The notes: generated by a model from the letters alone, not told the origin. A stretch of DNA of 64,000 nt from an uncultured Anaerolineales bacterium (GCA_937968125.1 CALBUI010000166.1:2293-66292); one strand, 5' to 3'. Positions 39,091 to 48,093 are shown, numbered from the stretch's first letter. Made by a program: numbers and translations.

Positions 39091-39429
39091 ATGATGGCCA
39101 ATCATCAGGTGTACGTGATTTGGAAACACCCACTTGTCCGAGATTCATTGCGTCAATTATTGGATCACACCAATATCTCCTGGGTAGGTGATGCTTCAGA
39201 TTTCTCAATCGCGGTTGAAGAGATATCTCGCTTACATCCAGACACAATTCTAATCGAAGAGCTGGAAGGTGAAACTAGCACACCCGCTTTTTTGGAGATT
39301 GTAGAAAAGTTTCAGTGGAAATTGCGCGTGGTTGGAGTAAGTTTAAATGATAATCAATTGAACATCTACCAACACGAGCATCAAACGGTGGGGCATCCAG
39401 AGGATTTGATTCGTTTGATAGTTCAGTGA
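39091..39429 (+). CDS. stand-alone degenerate receiver-like (pseudo-receiver) protein
   Basis: 112 aa with VYVIWKHPLVRDSLRQLL...HPDTILIEEL...RVVGVSLNDN. This aligns by eye to NarL-type REC, but the DD pocket is WK and the phospho-acceptor Asp is Glu. Confidence 0.45.
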   Translation: MMANHQVYVIWKHPLVRDSLRQLLDHTNISWVGDASDFSIAVEEISRLHPDTILIEELEGETSTPAFLEIVEKFQWKLRVVGVSLNDNQLNIYQHEHQTVGHPEDLIRLIVQ

Positions 39430-39571
39430 TTATCCTCAGATTGTCTCTCCGGGACAATTTAGTTGTACGTCATGATCATTTTTTACCTAGGAGGTCATCT
39501 ATCGGACAAAAAAAATTCGTTATGTGCATTCGAGAATCTGTATAAATTGATAATTTCTGAGGAGGTGCAAA

Positions 39572-40906
39572 ATGCTTCGAAAACTTATATTAATAACATC
39601 AATGCTTATTCTAGCATCATTGTTCTTAGCCGCTTGTGCCGGTGATGAGGGTCCCGAGGGGCCTCAAGGACCCCAAGGACCTGCAGGACCAGCAGGAGCT
39701 CAAGGTCCCGAAGGTTCACCAGGAACCGAATTGACTGAAGAACAAGTAGCGGCGATAGCAATTGCTGAAAATCTAGGTGGTATTCAGTTCCCAGGCTTAG
39801 ACGAAGTACGTCGTGGTTGTCCCGCTTGTCATGTTCTGGTGGATGAAGAGACCGGGCAATACACACTACCTTATGAGGCTCATGAAAGGGCAGAAGCCCG
39901 CGGTGAAGAACATCCAGAGACTGCCCCAGACGGTACTTCGCTGGCAGCAACAGAAGAAGTTAATGTTACTACCTGTTTGCAATGCCATGCCGCCGGAACT
40001 GGTGACCGTGCTGGAAAAGGGGTCATTGCACCACTCGCCTTGCGTGATATCGTCCATCCTGCCCATATGTACAGCCAGTGGTTCAAGCTCCATTATGGTG
40101 GAAACTGCTTCACCTGCCACAACGTTGATGGGGAAGGAAATTGGGAGCTGCTAACGGAAAAGGTCGAAGTAAATGAGAAAGGTGTCCCCGATCCTGATGC
40201 GCTGCCGATCCCGGGTGCTGTACCAATCGGTGCAGGAACGGCATCAGGCTCAGCGGCCATTGGCGGCAGATTATATGACAAGTGGTGGAAAGAAGCTGGG
40301 GTAGATGAACCCAGTTCAGACCAACCCTTATGGGCAACTCAAACCACAAACACCCGCAGTGGTGGTGATACCTGGCGCTGCAAAGAATGCCATGGATGGG
40401 ATTACCAAGGGGCCGCGGGAGCATATGGTTCCGGTTCCCATTTCACCGGGTTCCCTGGCGTGTTCGATGTCCAGTCCGAATCCTTTGACACGATCGTTGC
40501 ATTTATTAATGGAAGCGCCAATTCAGATCACGACTTTTCTGCGATGGGCGACGAAGCCATTAACAACCTGGCTACCTTCCTGAAATCCAACCTGATCGAT
40601 GTCTCACCTTTAATTGATTCCGAGACGAAAGCTGCCATCGGAGGAGACACAGCCAACGGTGAATCTCTTTATGCTGCCTGTTCAGCCTGCCATGGTGAAG
40701 ATGGGCGCTTGATCAACTTCGGTGACGATGACGATCCAACATATGTTGGCACGGTCGCTTTAGACAACCCATGGGAATTCCTGCACAAGGTGCGCGCTGG
40801 CCAGCCTGGTACTGCTATGCCCGCTTCCTTAGATGCCGATTGGAGTATGGATGATTTGCTTGATTTGCTGGCTTTCTCCCAGACTCTACCCACCGAGGCA
40901 CCATAG
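39572..40906 (+). CDS. pentahaem c-type cytochrome lipoprotein with collagen-like Gly-X-Y stalk
   Basis: Lipobox LAAC, 10 GXY triplets and 5 CxxCH (CPACH, CLQCH, CFTCH, CKECH, CSACH). RBS GAGGAGG. Confidence 0.85.
   Translation: MLRKLILITSMLILASLFLAACAGDEGPEGPQGPQGPAGPAGAQGPEGSPGTELTEEQVAAIAIAENLGGIQFPGLDEVRRGCPACHVLVDEETGQYTLPYEAHERAEARGEEHPETAPDGTSLAATEEVNVTTCLQCHAAGTGDRAGKGVIAPLALRDIVHPAHMYSQWFKLHYGGNCFTCHNVDGEGNWELLTEKVEVNEKGVPDPDALPIPGAVPIGAGTASGSAAIGGRLYDKWWKEAGVDEPSSDQPLWATQTTNTRSGGDTWRCKECHGWDYQGAAGAYGSGSHFTGFPGVFDVQSESFDTIVAFINGSANSDHDFSAMGDEAINNLATFLKSNLIDVSPLIDSETKAAIGGDTANGESLYAACSACHGEDGRLINFGDDDDPTYVGTVALDNPWEFLHKVRAGQPGTAMPASLDADWSMDDLLDLLAFSQTLPTEAP
39641..39730 (+). repeat. 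collagen-like region, 10 uninterrupted Gly-X-Y triplets
   Basis: GDE GPE GPQ GPQ GPA GPA GAQ GPE GSP GTE, starting two residues after the lipobox Cys. Confidence 0.85.
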
Positions 40907-40930
40907 TTAGTAGCAAGATTGTAATCAGAA

Positions 40931-40956
40931 GGGCCGGAGATTTGTCTCTCCGGCCC
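40931..40956 (+). promoter_or_regulatory. intercistronic 10-bp perfect stem-loop between the pentahaem gene and actA
   Basis: GGGCCGGAGA / TCTCCGGCCC with a 6-nt loop and no U-run. Confidence 0.4.
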
Positions 40957-40988
40957 AAATCGTAATTCATCTCGCCTTTGAGGTTGGA

Positions 40989-41504
40989 ATGAAACGGTTT
41001 TGGTTGATTGGTTTATTTATATTAGTTGTGGTCGGTGTAATCGCTGGGGTAATCCTCACCCGTGTCCAGGTTTACGCAGCCCCCGAGCAGCCTATCGCAT
41101 ACAGCCACCAGGTTCATGTTGAGGCGGGTATCCAGTGTTTGTTTTGCCATCCGAGCCCCCTAAAGTCTCCGTTAGCAGGCATCCCATCTGTGCAGAAATG
41201 TATGGGATGTCACAATGTCATTGACACAGATAACCCAGAGATACAGCAGGTTGCCAGCTACTATGAAAGTGGAGAACCGATCCCTTGGATACGGGTTAAT
41301 TTACAACCTGATTTTGTTTATTTCAATCACCAGCCACACCTTGGTGCAGGTCTTAACTGTGAAACTTGTCACGGCGATGTTGGTCAGATGGATGTGACCA
41401 GACAAACCGTAAAAATGGATATGGGTTGGTGTCTAGATTGTCACATTAATCAATCGGATGAAAAAGTGGGCCGCCTTGCTGACTGCCTGGCCTGCCATAA
41501 GTGA
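40989..41504 (+). CDS. actA: ACIII subunit ActA-like membrane-anchored pentahaem cytochrome c
   Basis: N-terminal TM and 5 CxxCH in 171 aa (CLFCH, CMGCH, CETCH, CLDCH, CLACH). It is the first gene of the act-like operon. Confidence 0.8.
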   Translation: MKRFWLIGLFILVVVGVIAGVILTRVQVYAAPEQPIAYSHQVHVEAGIQCLFCHPSPLKSPLAGIPSVQKCMGCHNVIDTDNPEIQQVASYYESGEPIPWIRVNLQPDFVYFNHQPHLGAGLNCETCHGDVGQMDVTRQTVKMDMGWCLDCHINQSDEKVGRLADCLACHK

Positions 41505-41509
41505 TAAAA

Positions 41510-43723
41510 ATGACCAAGCGTGTATCTCGACGTGATTTCCTCAAGCTTACCGCAGGTGCAACAGTGGTCACTGGCCTCGCTCCGAGTGTCCGGCGAATGG
41601 TCCTTGAACCTTATGTGCAACCGCCTGAAGAAGTATTGCCAGGCGAGGCTACCTGGTATGCCAGCACGTGCCGCTTATGCCCAGCTGGATGTGGCATCAT
41701 CGTACGGGTGATCAACGGGCGTGCAAAAAAGATTGAGGGTAATCCTCACCACCCCCTCAATCAGGGAAAACTATGCGCCCGTGGGCAGGCAGGACTCCAG
41801 ATCCTCTATAACCCAGATCGCCTTAAAAACGCTGTCCTGCAGAGTGGAGGGCGGGGATCACTAAAGTTTGAACCCCTGTATTGGTCGGAAGCATTAGATA
41901 TCTTAGTTGATAAACTCGAAACCCTAAGCAACCCAAATCGAGTTGCATTCTTGGGTGGTTTGATGCCTTCGCATTTATACAAGTTAACTACTCGTTTTCT
42001 TTCGTCGTTTGGATCGTCATCGCCAATTATTTACGACTTGCATTCTGCACTTGAGGGTCGAAATTCTACGGTCCAGCTATCTGAGTCCCTCTTTGGATCC
42101 CCCGAATTACCAATATATGATCTGGCGAACGCTGAAGTGATCTTCTCATTTGGCGCAAACTTCTTGGAGACCTGGATGTCGCCAGTTTCCCAAAGCCATG
42201 CTTTTGGCACGATGCGTCAAGGGCAGCTTGGGGGTCGTGGATTTCTTGTCCATTTTGAGCCACGCCTCTCCGCTACCGCTGCTTCTGCTGACGAGTGGAT
42301 TCCTATAAAACCAGGTGCCGAGGGTTACGTCGCTTTGGCGATTGGCCGCATTATCCTTGAGGAACGCCTTGGTCAAGCAAGCAGTCACCGCCCATATTCA
42401 ATTCTATATCAAAACGTGGATGTGCAAGAGATGGCGGATGCCAGCCAGATTCCGGTCGAAGTTTTGCACCGCTTTGCACGTATTTTCGCCGATGCCGACC
42501 AGGCCATTGCAATTCCCGGTGGGGGCTTAGCTGGGCAGCACAATGGAGGCACCAGCATGCTGGCCGTACAAGCCCTCAATTTGCTGAGCGCTCAAATCGG
42601 AAGGGTGGGCGGAGTTTTCCTGTCTCAACCCGGACCCACAGCTGGCTTTCGCCAGAATCCAAATCCAGGATCGTTTGAAAATCTATCGATCTTAATTGAA
42701 CGCATGAAATCCGGAGAAATCGACCTCCTGTTGATCTACGGCACAAACCCGGTGTTCGAACTGCCAACCTCAGCGGGATTTGCTGAGGCGATCGCTAGCG
42801 TGCCTTATGTTATTTCTTTCAGCCAATTTGTCGATGAGACTGCGGCGCGAGCTGATCTGATCCTGCCTGACCACACTTACCTTGAATCCTGGGGCTATGA
42901 AGTGCCTGCACCCGGAGCTGCGAAACCTGCAGTAAGCAGTCAACAACCTGTTGTGCGACCACTTTACGATACACGATCCACTGGAGATGTTCTCCTGGCA
43001 GTTGCCGAACGGTTGGGAGGTCAAGTTGCCAATGCACTGCCTTGGTCCGATGAGGTAGATTTCCTGCAAGAATTAGCCACTGAATTGCATGGATCCTCCT
43101 TGGGTGCTTATGATGCTAAGACTCCGAGTAGTTTCTGGGCCCTCTGGCGGCAGTATGGTGGCTGGTGGACTGAAAAGGAAATCCCTCGCGAGCCTGATAT
43201 CTCCACAATTGTCCAGGAGCCTATACCTGTGTCCGAGCCTGTTTTCGATGGAGAGGAAAATTCATACCCCTATCACCTGCACCCATATCCATCGATAACG
43301 CTCTCTGATGGAAGGGGTGCCAACCTGCCCTGGTTGCAGGGAGCGCCAGATCCGATGACCACCGTATGTTGGGGAACTTGGGTGGAATTAAATCCCGAGA
43401 CTGCCAGCTCATTAGGGGTAAGCGAGGATGATGTTGTGCGAGTGATCTCACCCCATGGTGAATTGGAAGCACCTGTCGTCATCTATCCTGGAATTCGACC
43501 TGATGTCGTCGCAATCCCGGTTGGGCAGGGACACGAACAATTTGGTCGATTTGCAGAACAACGCGGGAGCAACCCCATTGCACTGGTAGCTTCAATTACC
43601 GACCCAGAGACTGGCTCACTTGCTTGGGGTGCAACCCGCGTACGAATAGAACCAACTGGACGTAAAAAGAGCCTGGCCAGATTAGAGAGTCTAGCCGGGG
43701 AAGGACGTGAATCTATTGGCTGA
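41510..43723 (+). CDS. actB: ActB1/QrcB-like molybdopterin-oxidoreductase-family subunit (Tat signal), separate polypeptide
   Basis: SRRDFLKLTAGA Tat signal and CRLCPAGC-x27-C (CX2CX3CX27C FS0-type motif). About 737 aa. The start is ATG 41510, or GTG 41501. Confidence 0.8.
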   Translation: MTKRVSRRDFLKLTAGATVVTGLAPSVRRMVLEPYVQPPEEVLPGEATWYASTCRLCPAGCGIIVRVINGRAKKIEGNPHHPLNQGKLCARGQAGLQILYNPDRLKNAVLQSGGRGSLKFEPLYWSEALDILVDKLETLSNPNRVAFLGGLMPSHLYKLTTRFLSSFGSSSPIIYDLHSALEGRNSTVQLSESLFGSPELPIYDLANAEVIFSFGANFLETWMSPVSQSHAFGTMRQGQLGGRGFLVHFEPRLSATAASADEWIPIKPGAEGYVALAIGRIILEERLGQASSHRPYSILYQNVDVQEMADASQIPVEVLHRFARIFADADQAIAIPGGGLAGQHNGGTSMLAVQALNLLSAQIGRVGGVFLSQPGPTAGFRQNPNPGSFENLSILIERMKSGEIDLLLIYGTNPVFELPTSAGFAEAIASVPYVISFSQFVDETAARADLILPDHTYLESWGYEVPAPGAAKPAVSSQQPVVRPLYDTRSTGDVLLAVAERLGGQVANALPWSDEVDFLQELATELHGSSLGAYDAKTPSSFWALWRQYGGWWTEKEIPREPDISTIVQEPIPVSEPVFDGEENSYPYHLHPYPSITLSDGRGANLPWLQGAPDPMTTVCWGTWVELNPETASSLGVSEDDVVRVISPHGELEAPVVIYPGIRPDVVAIPVGQGHEQFGRFAEQRGSNPIALVASITDPETGSLAWGATRVRIEPTGRKKSLARLESLAGEGRESIG

Positions 43724-44420
43724 GATTGAACCACGCTGGGTGTTAATCGTAGATCTTGACCGCTGTACTGGCTGCCAGGCATGTGTGGTCGCTTGCCAGG
43801 CAGAAAACAATGTGCCTACGGTAGGTGAGCATGAGACGATAGAAGGACGTTGGTTGCACTGGATCCATATTGAGCGCTATTGGGAAGGTGAATATCCAAA
43901 TATCAAGGCGCGTTTTATGCCGGTCATGTGCCAGCAATGCACCGCAGCCCCTTGTGAACCAGTATGTCCCGTGTTTGCTACCTATCACACTCCAGAAGGC
44001 CTGAATGCCCAGATCTACAACCGCTGCATTGGCACGCGCTTCTGTGGAAGCGCCTGCCCATACAAAACTCGTACTTACAATTGGCTGCGACCTGAATTCC
44101 CTGAACCATTGCACGAGCAGCTCAATCCCGATGTGACCGTCCGCTCTCGTGGTTTGATCGAGAAATGCACGTTCTGCGTCCAGCGCATCAGGCGAATTGA
44201 AATTGAAGCCCATGCCCAGGGACGAGAACCAGTTGATGGCGAGATTCAACCAGCCTGTGTGCAAACCTGCCCACCTGATGCATTAGTCTTTGGTGACCTG
44301 AATGACCCAAGTAGCCGGGTCAGCCAGCTGGCGACGAGCCATCGATCTTTTAAACTCTTGGGCGAGCTTGGTACAGATCCGGGCGTGATTTACTTGAAAG
44401 GAGGCGAGACGAATGTCTGA
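43707..44420 (+). CDS. actB: ActB2/QrcC-like 4Fe-4S ferredoxin-type subunit
   Basis: CTGCQACVVAC, CQQCTAAPCEPVCP, CIGTRFCGSACP and CTFCVQR...C cluster motifs, typical of the CISM FeS subunit. Confidence 0.85.
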   Translation: MNLLAEIEPRWVLIVDLDRCTGCQACVVACQAENNVPTVGEHETIEGRWLHWIHIERYWEGEYPNIKARFMPVMCQQCTAAPCEPVCPVFATYHTPEGLNAQIYNRCIGTRFCGSACPYKTRTYNWLRPEFPEPLHEQLNPDVTVRSRGLIEKCTFCVQRIRRIEIEAHAQGREPVDGEIQPACVQTCPPDALVFGDLNDPSSRVSQLATSHRSFKLLGELGTDPGVIYLKGGETNV

Positions 44421-45834
44421 ATCAGAGGTATTAGCGTACCCTGAGGATAGTAGCGCTGCAGAATTCGAAGATCGCTTGCTGCTCGCCGAACGGACAAGCT
44501 CAGAGATCAATCAAGCTGTGCTCCAACCTATGTTTCGCACAAGTTGGAAGTTTTGGGCACTGGTGATATTTCTAAGCTTATTGGTGCTGTGGGGCCTTTT
44601 TGCCTGGGGATACCTAATATATTGGGGAATGGGCACCGCGGGTATCAATCGACCGGTTTATTGGGGCTTTTTTATCGCCACCTTCGTTTTCTGGGTCGGT
44701 ATCAGCCACGCAGGAACGATGATCTCCGCTGTGTTGCGCTTACTTAAAGCAGATTGGCGCAGACCCATCACGCGGGGCGCGGAGGCGATGACTGCTTTCG
44801 CGCTGATGATGGCTGGGTTGTTCCCATTCATCCATCTGGGCAGGGTGTGGAAATTCTATTGGATGCTCCCCTACCCCAATAACCGCTTAATGTGGCCAAA
44901 TTTCCAATCGCCTCTGATGTGGGATATGGTTGCCATCTTCACCTATTTTATTGGTTCGACCCTTTATCTCTATCTTGCTTTGATCCCGGACCTTGCTATG
45001 GCCCGCGATCACACAGGTAAATGGCGCCAGAAATTGTATCGAGTTTTATCTCTCGGATGGCGCGGCACGGAGGCAGAATGGCACAAGCTCCACCGTGCCT
45101 TGAGCATCTTTTCCGTGGCGATTATCCCGATTTTCCTCTCTGTCCACTCCATTGTGTCCTGGGATTTTGCAGTTACGATTCAACCTCGCTGGCACAGCAC
45201 AATATTCGCACCATACTTCGTGGTCGGTGCAATTTATTCAGGACTGGCTGCCCTTGCCTGCATCCTGGTCATCGTTCGCAAGGGAATGCAGCTGCAGGAA
45301 TTTTTGCGTTCTGAACACTTCGACGCATTGGGTAAATTGGTCCTGGTGGCAGGAATGGCCTGGGTTTATTTCTGGTTCGCCGGATTTATTGTTGAATGGT
45401 ATGGCAACGAACCCGTGACCCGCGAACTGATCCATGAGGAAGTCGCTGGGAGTTTGGCACCCCTCTTCTACCTGCAGATGTCTGCCAACCTGATTCCTAT
45501 CGTCATGCTTATTTTCAAGAAAGTTCGCACCACGCCTTGGTTATTGCTGGTGGCGACACTATTAGTGAATGTCGGCATGTTTACTGAGCGCGTGTTAATT
45601 GTAGTTGGCAACTTGCAGCGAAATTTCATGCCTTTCAATTGGGGTGAATACAGCCCAACTTGGGTTGAAGTGAGCATCGTGGTGATGACTTTCGCAGGAT
45701 TTGCGCTCCTATATACAATATTTTCCCGTATCTTCCCCTACGTACCGGTCTGGGAGATCAAGGAAGGCCGCCTGCGGTACACCGTACGCCGCATCGGTCG
45801 ATTATTAGTGCCAACCGCTGCTGAGATCGAGTAG
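44413..45834 (+). CDS. actC: ActC/NrfD/PsrC-like polytopic quinone-interacting membrane subunit
   Basis: 473 aa with about 10 TM helices. It immediately follows the FeS subunit with an overlapping start. Confidence 0.8.
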   Translation: MSESEVLAYPEDSSAAEFEDRLLLAERTSSEINQAVLQPMFRTSWKFWALVIFLSLLVLWGLFAWGYLIYWGMGTAGINRPVYWGFFIATFVFWVGISHAGTMISAVLRLLKADWRRPITRGAEAMTAFALMMAGLFPFIHLGRVWKFYWMLPYPNNRLMWPNFQSPLMWDMVAIFTYFIGSTLYLYLALIPDLAMARDHTGKWRQKLYRVLSLGWRGTEAEWHKLHRALSIFSVAIIPIFLSVHSIVSWDFAVTIQPRWHSTIFAPYFVVGAIYSGLAALACILVIVRKGMQLQEFLRSEHFDALGKLVLVAGMAWVYFWFAGFIVEWYGNEPVTRELIHEEVAGSLAPLFYLQMSANLIPIVMLIFKKVRTTPWLLLVATLLVNVGMFTERVLIVVGNLQRNFMPFNWGEYSPTWVEVSIVVMTFAGFALLYTIFSRIFPYVPVWEIKEGRLRYTVRRIGRLLVPTAAEIE

Positions 45835-45852
45835 CGGCTGAGGAATTTTCCA

Positions 45853-46380
45853 ATGAGTGAAAATGAAATTTCTCTGGTAGCCCTCTTTGAAAAAAGCACT
45901 GACACTGCCAAGGCGATTGACGATTTGCATACTCTGGGTATCCCGGATGACAGGATGGTGGTGATGACCGATGTACCTTATCCTGAACAGGCCTTAGGGA
46001 GAACCCGAGAATGGTCATCCTTACCCTATATCGTACTTGCAGGAGCAATCGTTGGGTTGCTTATAGGATTGTTCCTATCGGCCATCACGCCACATCTTTA
46101 TCGTCTGGACGTGGGCGGTCATCCTCCAGTCGGTTTTCCGCCCGCAGCGGTGATCACTTTCGTTTTCACGATGATGGCGATCATTGTATCGACATTTCTT
46201 GGTGTACTTTGGGAAATGGACTTCCCCAGTTTTGGTCCAGCCCCTTATCACAAAGCCGTCACAGACGGCCAGCTGGCGATACTCATAGAATTCTCCCCTG
46301 ACCTGGATGATAAAGTCAACCAGGTGCTTAAAGCCAACCAGGCTGATTACATCGGCGAACCGGAGATGATTTCGCTATGA
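45853..46380 (+). CDS. actD: ActD-like (DUF3341) membrane subunit
   Basis: 175 aa with a soluble N-domain (LVALFEKSTDTAKAIDDLHTLGIPDD) and two TM helices. The position after actC supports the call. Confidence 0.6.
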   Translation: MSENEISLVALFEKSTDTAKAIDDLHTLGIPDDRMVVMTDVPYPEQALGRTREWSSLPYIVLAGAIVGLLIGLFLSAITPHLYRLDVGGHPPVGFPPAAVITFVFTMMAIIVSTFLGVLWEMDFPSFGPAPYHKAVTDGQLAILIEFSPDLDDKVNQVLKANQADYIGEPEMISL

Positions 46381-46886
46381 GTCCTCGTTTGCAGCGTGGA
46401 TTACTCATAATTGCCGTCTTACTGACCCCGTTCATCGTCGGACTCTTGTTCACCTACGAGATCTTAAAAATCCCCTTTACCACAGACATGCAAAACCAGA
46501 TCTCAATAAATTACCAGGAAAGCCCTCGGATTTTGCCTCCTGATGGTGCCGTTCCCGTGCAAGGGCTGGCAATTATTCCTGATGAATTTCCAGTAAATCC
46601 GATTCCAGCGGATCCGGTCTCGCTGCAGCGCGGCAAAATTCTCTATGATATTCACTGTCAGTTATGTCATGGAGAAATGGGGCATGGAGATGGACCATTA
46701 GCGAAATATTTTGACCGCACACCCCAGAATTTGACCAGCTCCCAGATCACCACAGAATTCGATGGGGCAGTCTATTTAACGATATTGAATGGTTTTGGTC
46801 AGATGCCAGCCCTATACGAGAACCTGTCCCCTCATGAAACTTGGGACGTGGTGAATTATCTTCACACTCTGCCTGCGAGGGAATAA
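46377..46886 (+). CDS. actE: ActE-like membrane-anchored monohaem cytochrome c
   Basis: N-terminal TM and a single CQLCHGEMGHGDG class-I haem site. ATGA overlap with actD. Confidence 0.7.
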   Translation: MSPRLQRGLLIIAVLLTPFIVGLLFTYEILKIPFTTDMQNQISINYQESPRILPPDGAVPVQGLAIIPDEFPVNPIPADPVSLQRGKILYDIHCQLCHGEMGHGDGPLAKYFDRTPQNLTSSQITTEFDGAVYLTILNGFGQMPALYENLSPHETWDVVNYLHTLPARE

Positions 46887-46892
46887 GAAAAG

Positions 46893-47939
46893 ATGACAAA
46901 TAAAATCGCAATCTTATCCTCAACCATTATTTTGTTATTGACTGCTTGTGCCGCTCCTCAAAGCCTTCCTTCAGGTCCGACACCAATACCAACCCTCATT
47001 CCAGCCACGGAGCCAAGCGATCCTTTGACAGCAACAGCGGTGCCATCGTTTTCCATCCAGAGCTACCCTGCCGGGCTTCCCTCAGCTGAACTCGGCCAGG
47101 AGCTTTATCAGACAAATTGTGCAAGTTGTCACGGCGAGGACGGGAATGGAGTTGTGCCTGGTGCACGCAATTTTGGTGATTTGGATTATATGCGCGGAGA
47201 AACCCCCGCCTCTTTTTATTCAACGGTCACAGAAGGACGAGGTGAAATGGAGGGCTTTCGCGACTTAATGACCTCGGATGAGATTTGGGATGTCATCTTT
47301 TATGTATGGCGTTTTTCTACGGATGCTGAAACACTTGCCCTTGGAGGACACCTGTACGAAGCAAATTGCCAGGTTTGCCATGGAATGGATGGTACCGGGG
47401 AAGTATTGGGGGCCGCTGATCTCTCCGACCTTCGTTTTGTTGACAACCAGGCTCCCCGAGATTTCTACTTGATCACCACCCAAGGCAAAGGCTCGATGCC
47501 AGCCTGGCAGGGACGGCTTTCCCAGGAAGAACGCTGGGCAGTAATTGACTATGTGCGCACATTCTCTTATGACCCAACCATCCCAGGAGAAACTGTTGCC
47601 CAACCTCCTCCGACAGCAGCTGTCGAAGAAATCGTATGTGACCCGAATTACCTGGCACAAACTAACCCCTTTGATTGGAGTGATCCAGCTGTTTCCATCG
47701 CTGGTCAGGTGATTTATGACCAGGCCTGCGGTATGTGTCATGGAGTTGATGGCTCAGGCGGTATCCCAGGTACCCCTGATTACACCAAACCCGATATCAC
47801 GGAGGATTTACGCACCAATAGCGGTGAAAAATTATGTATTGTTGCTGAGGGCAGTAAATCAATGCCTGGATGGAAAGAGACGCTTACCGATCAGCAAATG
47901 TGGGAGGCGCTAACTTACATCTATTCATTCGGAAAGTAG
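46893..47939 (+). CDS. trihaem (3 x class-I cytochrome c domain) lipoprotein
   Basis: Lipobox LTAC, then CASCHGEDGNG, CQVCHGMDGTG and CGMCHGVDGSG, each followed by a distal Met region (SMPAW/SMPGW). Confidence 0.8.
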   Translation: MTNKIAILSSTIILLLTACAAPQSLPSGPTPIPTLIPATEPSDPLTATAVPSFSIQSYPAGLPSAELGQELYQTNCASCHGEDGNGVVPGARNFGDLDYMRGETPASFYSTVTEGRGEMEGFRDLMTSDEIWDVIFYVWRFSTDAETLALGGHLYEANCQVCHGMDGTGEVLGAADLSDLRFVDNQAPRDFYLITTQGKGSMPAWQGRLSQEERWAVIDYVRTFSYDPTIPGETVAQPPPTAAVEEIVCDPNYLAQTNPFDWSDPAVSIAGQVIYDQACGMCHGVDGSGGIPGTPDYTKPDITEDLRTNSGEKLCIVAEGSKSMPGWKETLTDQQMWEALTYIYSFGK

Positions 47940-47985
47940 GATTCAATGATCTTTCAACTGTCGATTGTGGAAAGATAGGAAAACC

Positions 47986-48093
47986 AACTGGATCTACATC
48001 GCTCACGAGGATGGCAGCCTGGGAGTCCACAACCCGGCTTACACTAGGGACTTGCTCGACGCATCACTGGAAACATTGGGGTTATGGGGATAG
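47986..48093 (+). pseudogene. 36-codon remnant of the 3' end of a paralogue of the hexahaem cytochrome gene
   Basis: About 93 percent nucleotide identity by eye to 49622-49730. It translates to NWIYIAHEDGSLGVHNPAYTRDLLDASLETLGLWG*, against NWIYIAHEDGSLGVHNPAYTRALLDASLETLGLGGQ* in the intact gene. The frame is closed by TAG at 47977 with no start. Confidence 0.75.

Noticed and set aside
46893-47939. I considered whether this gene, sitting after actE, is ActF or ActG of ACIII.
   Set aside because: ActF is a polytopic NrfD-like membrane protein. This product is a lipoprotein with three soluble class-I cytochrome c domains and no TM helices after the signal peptide.
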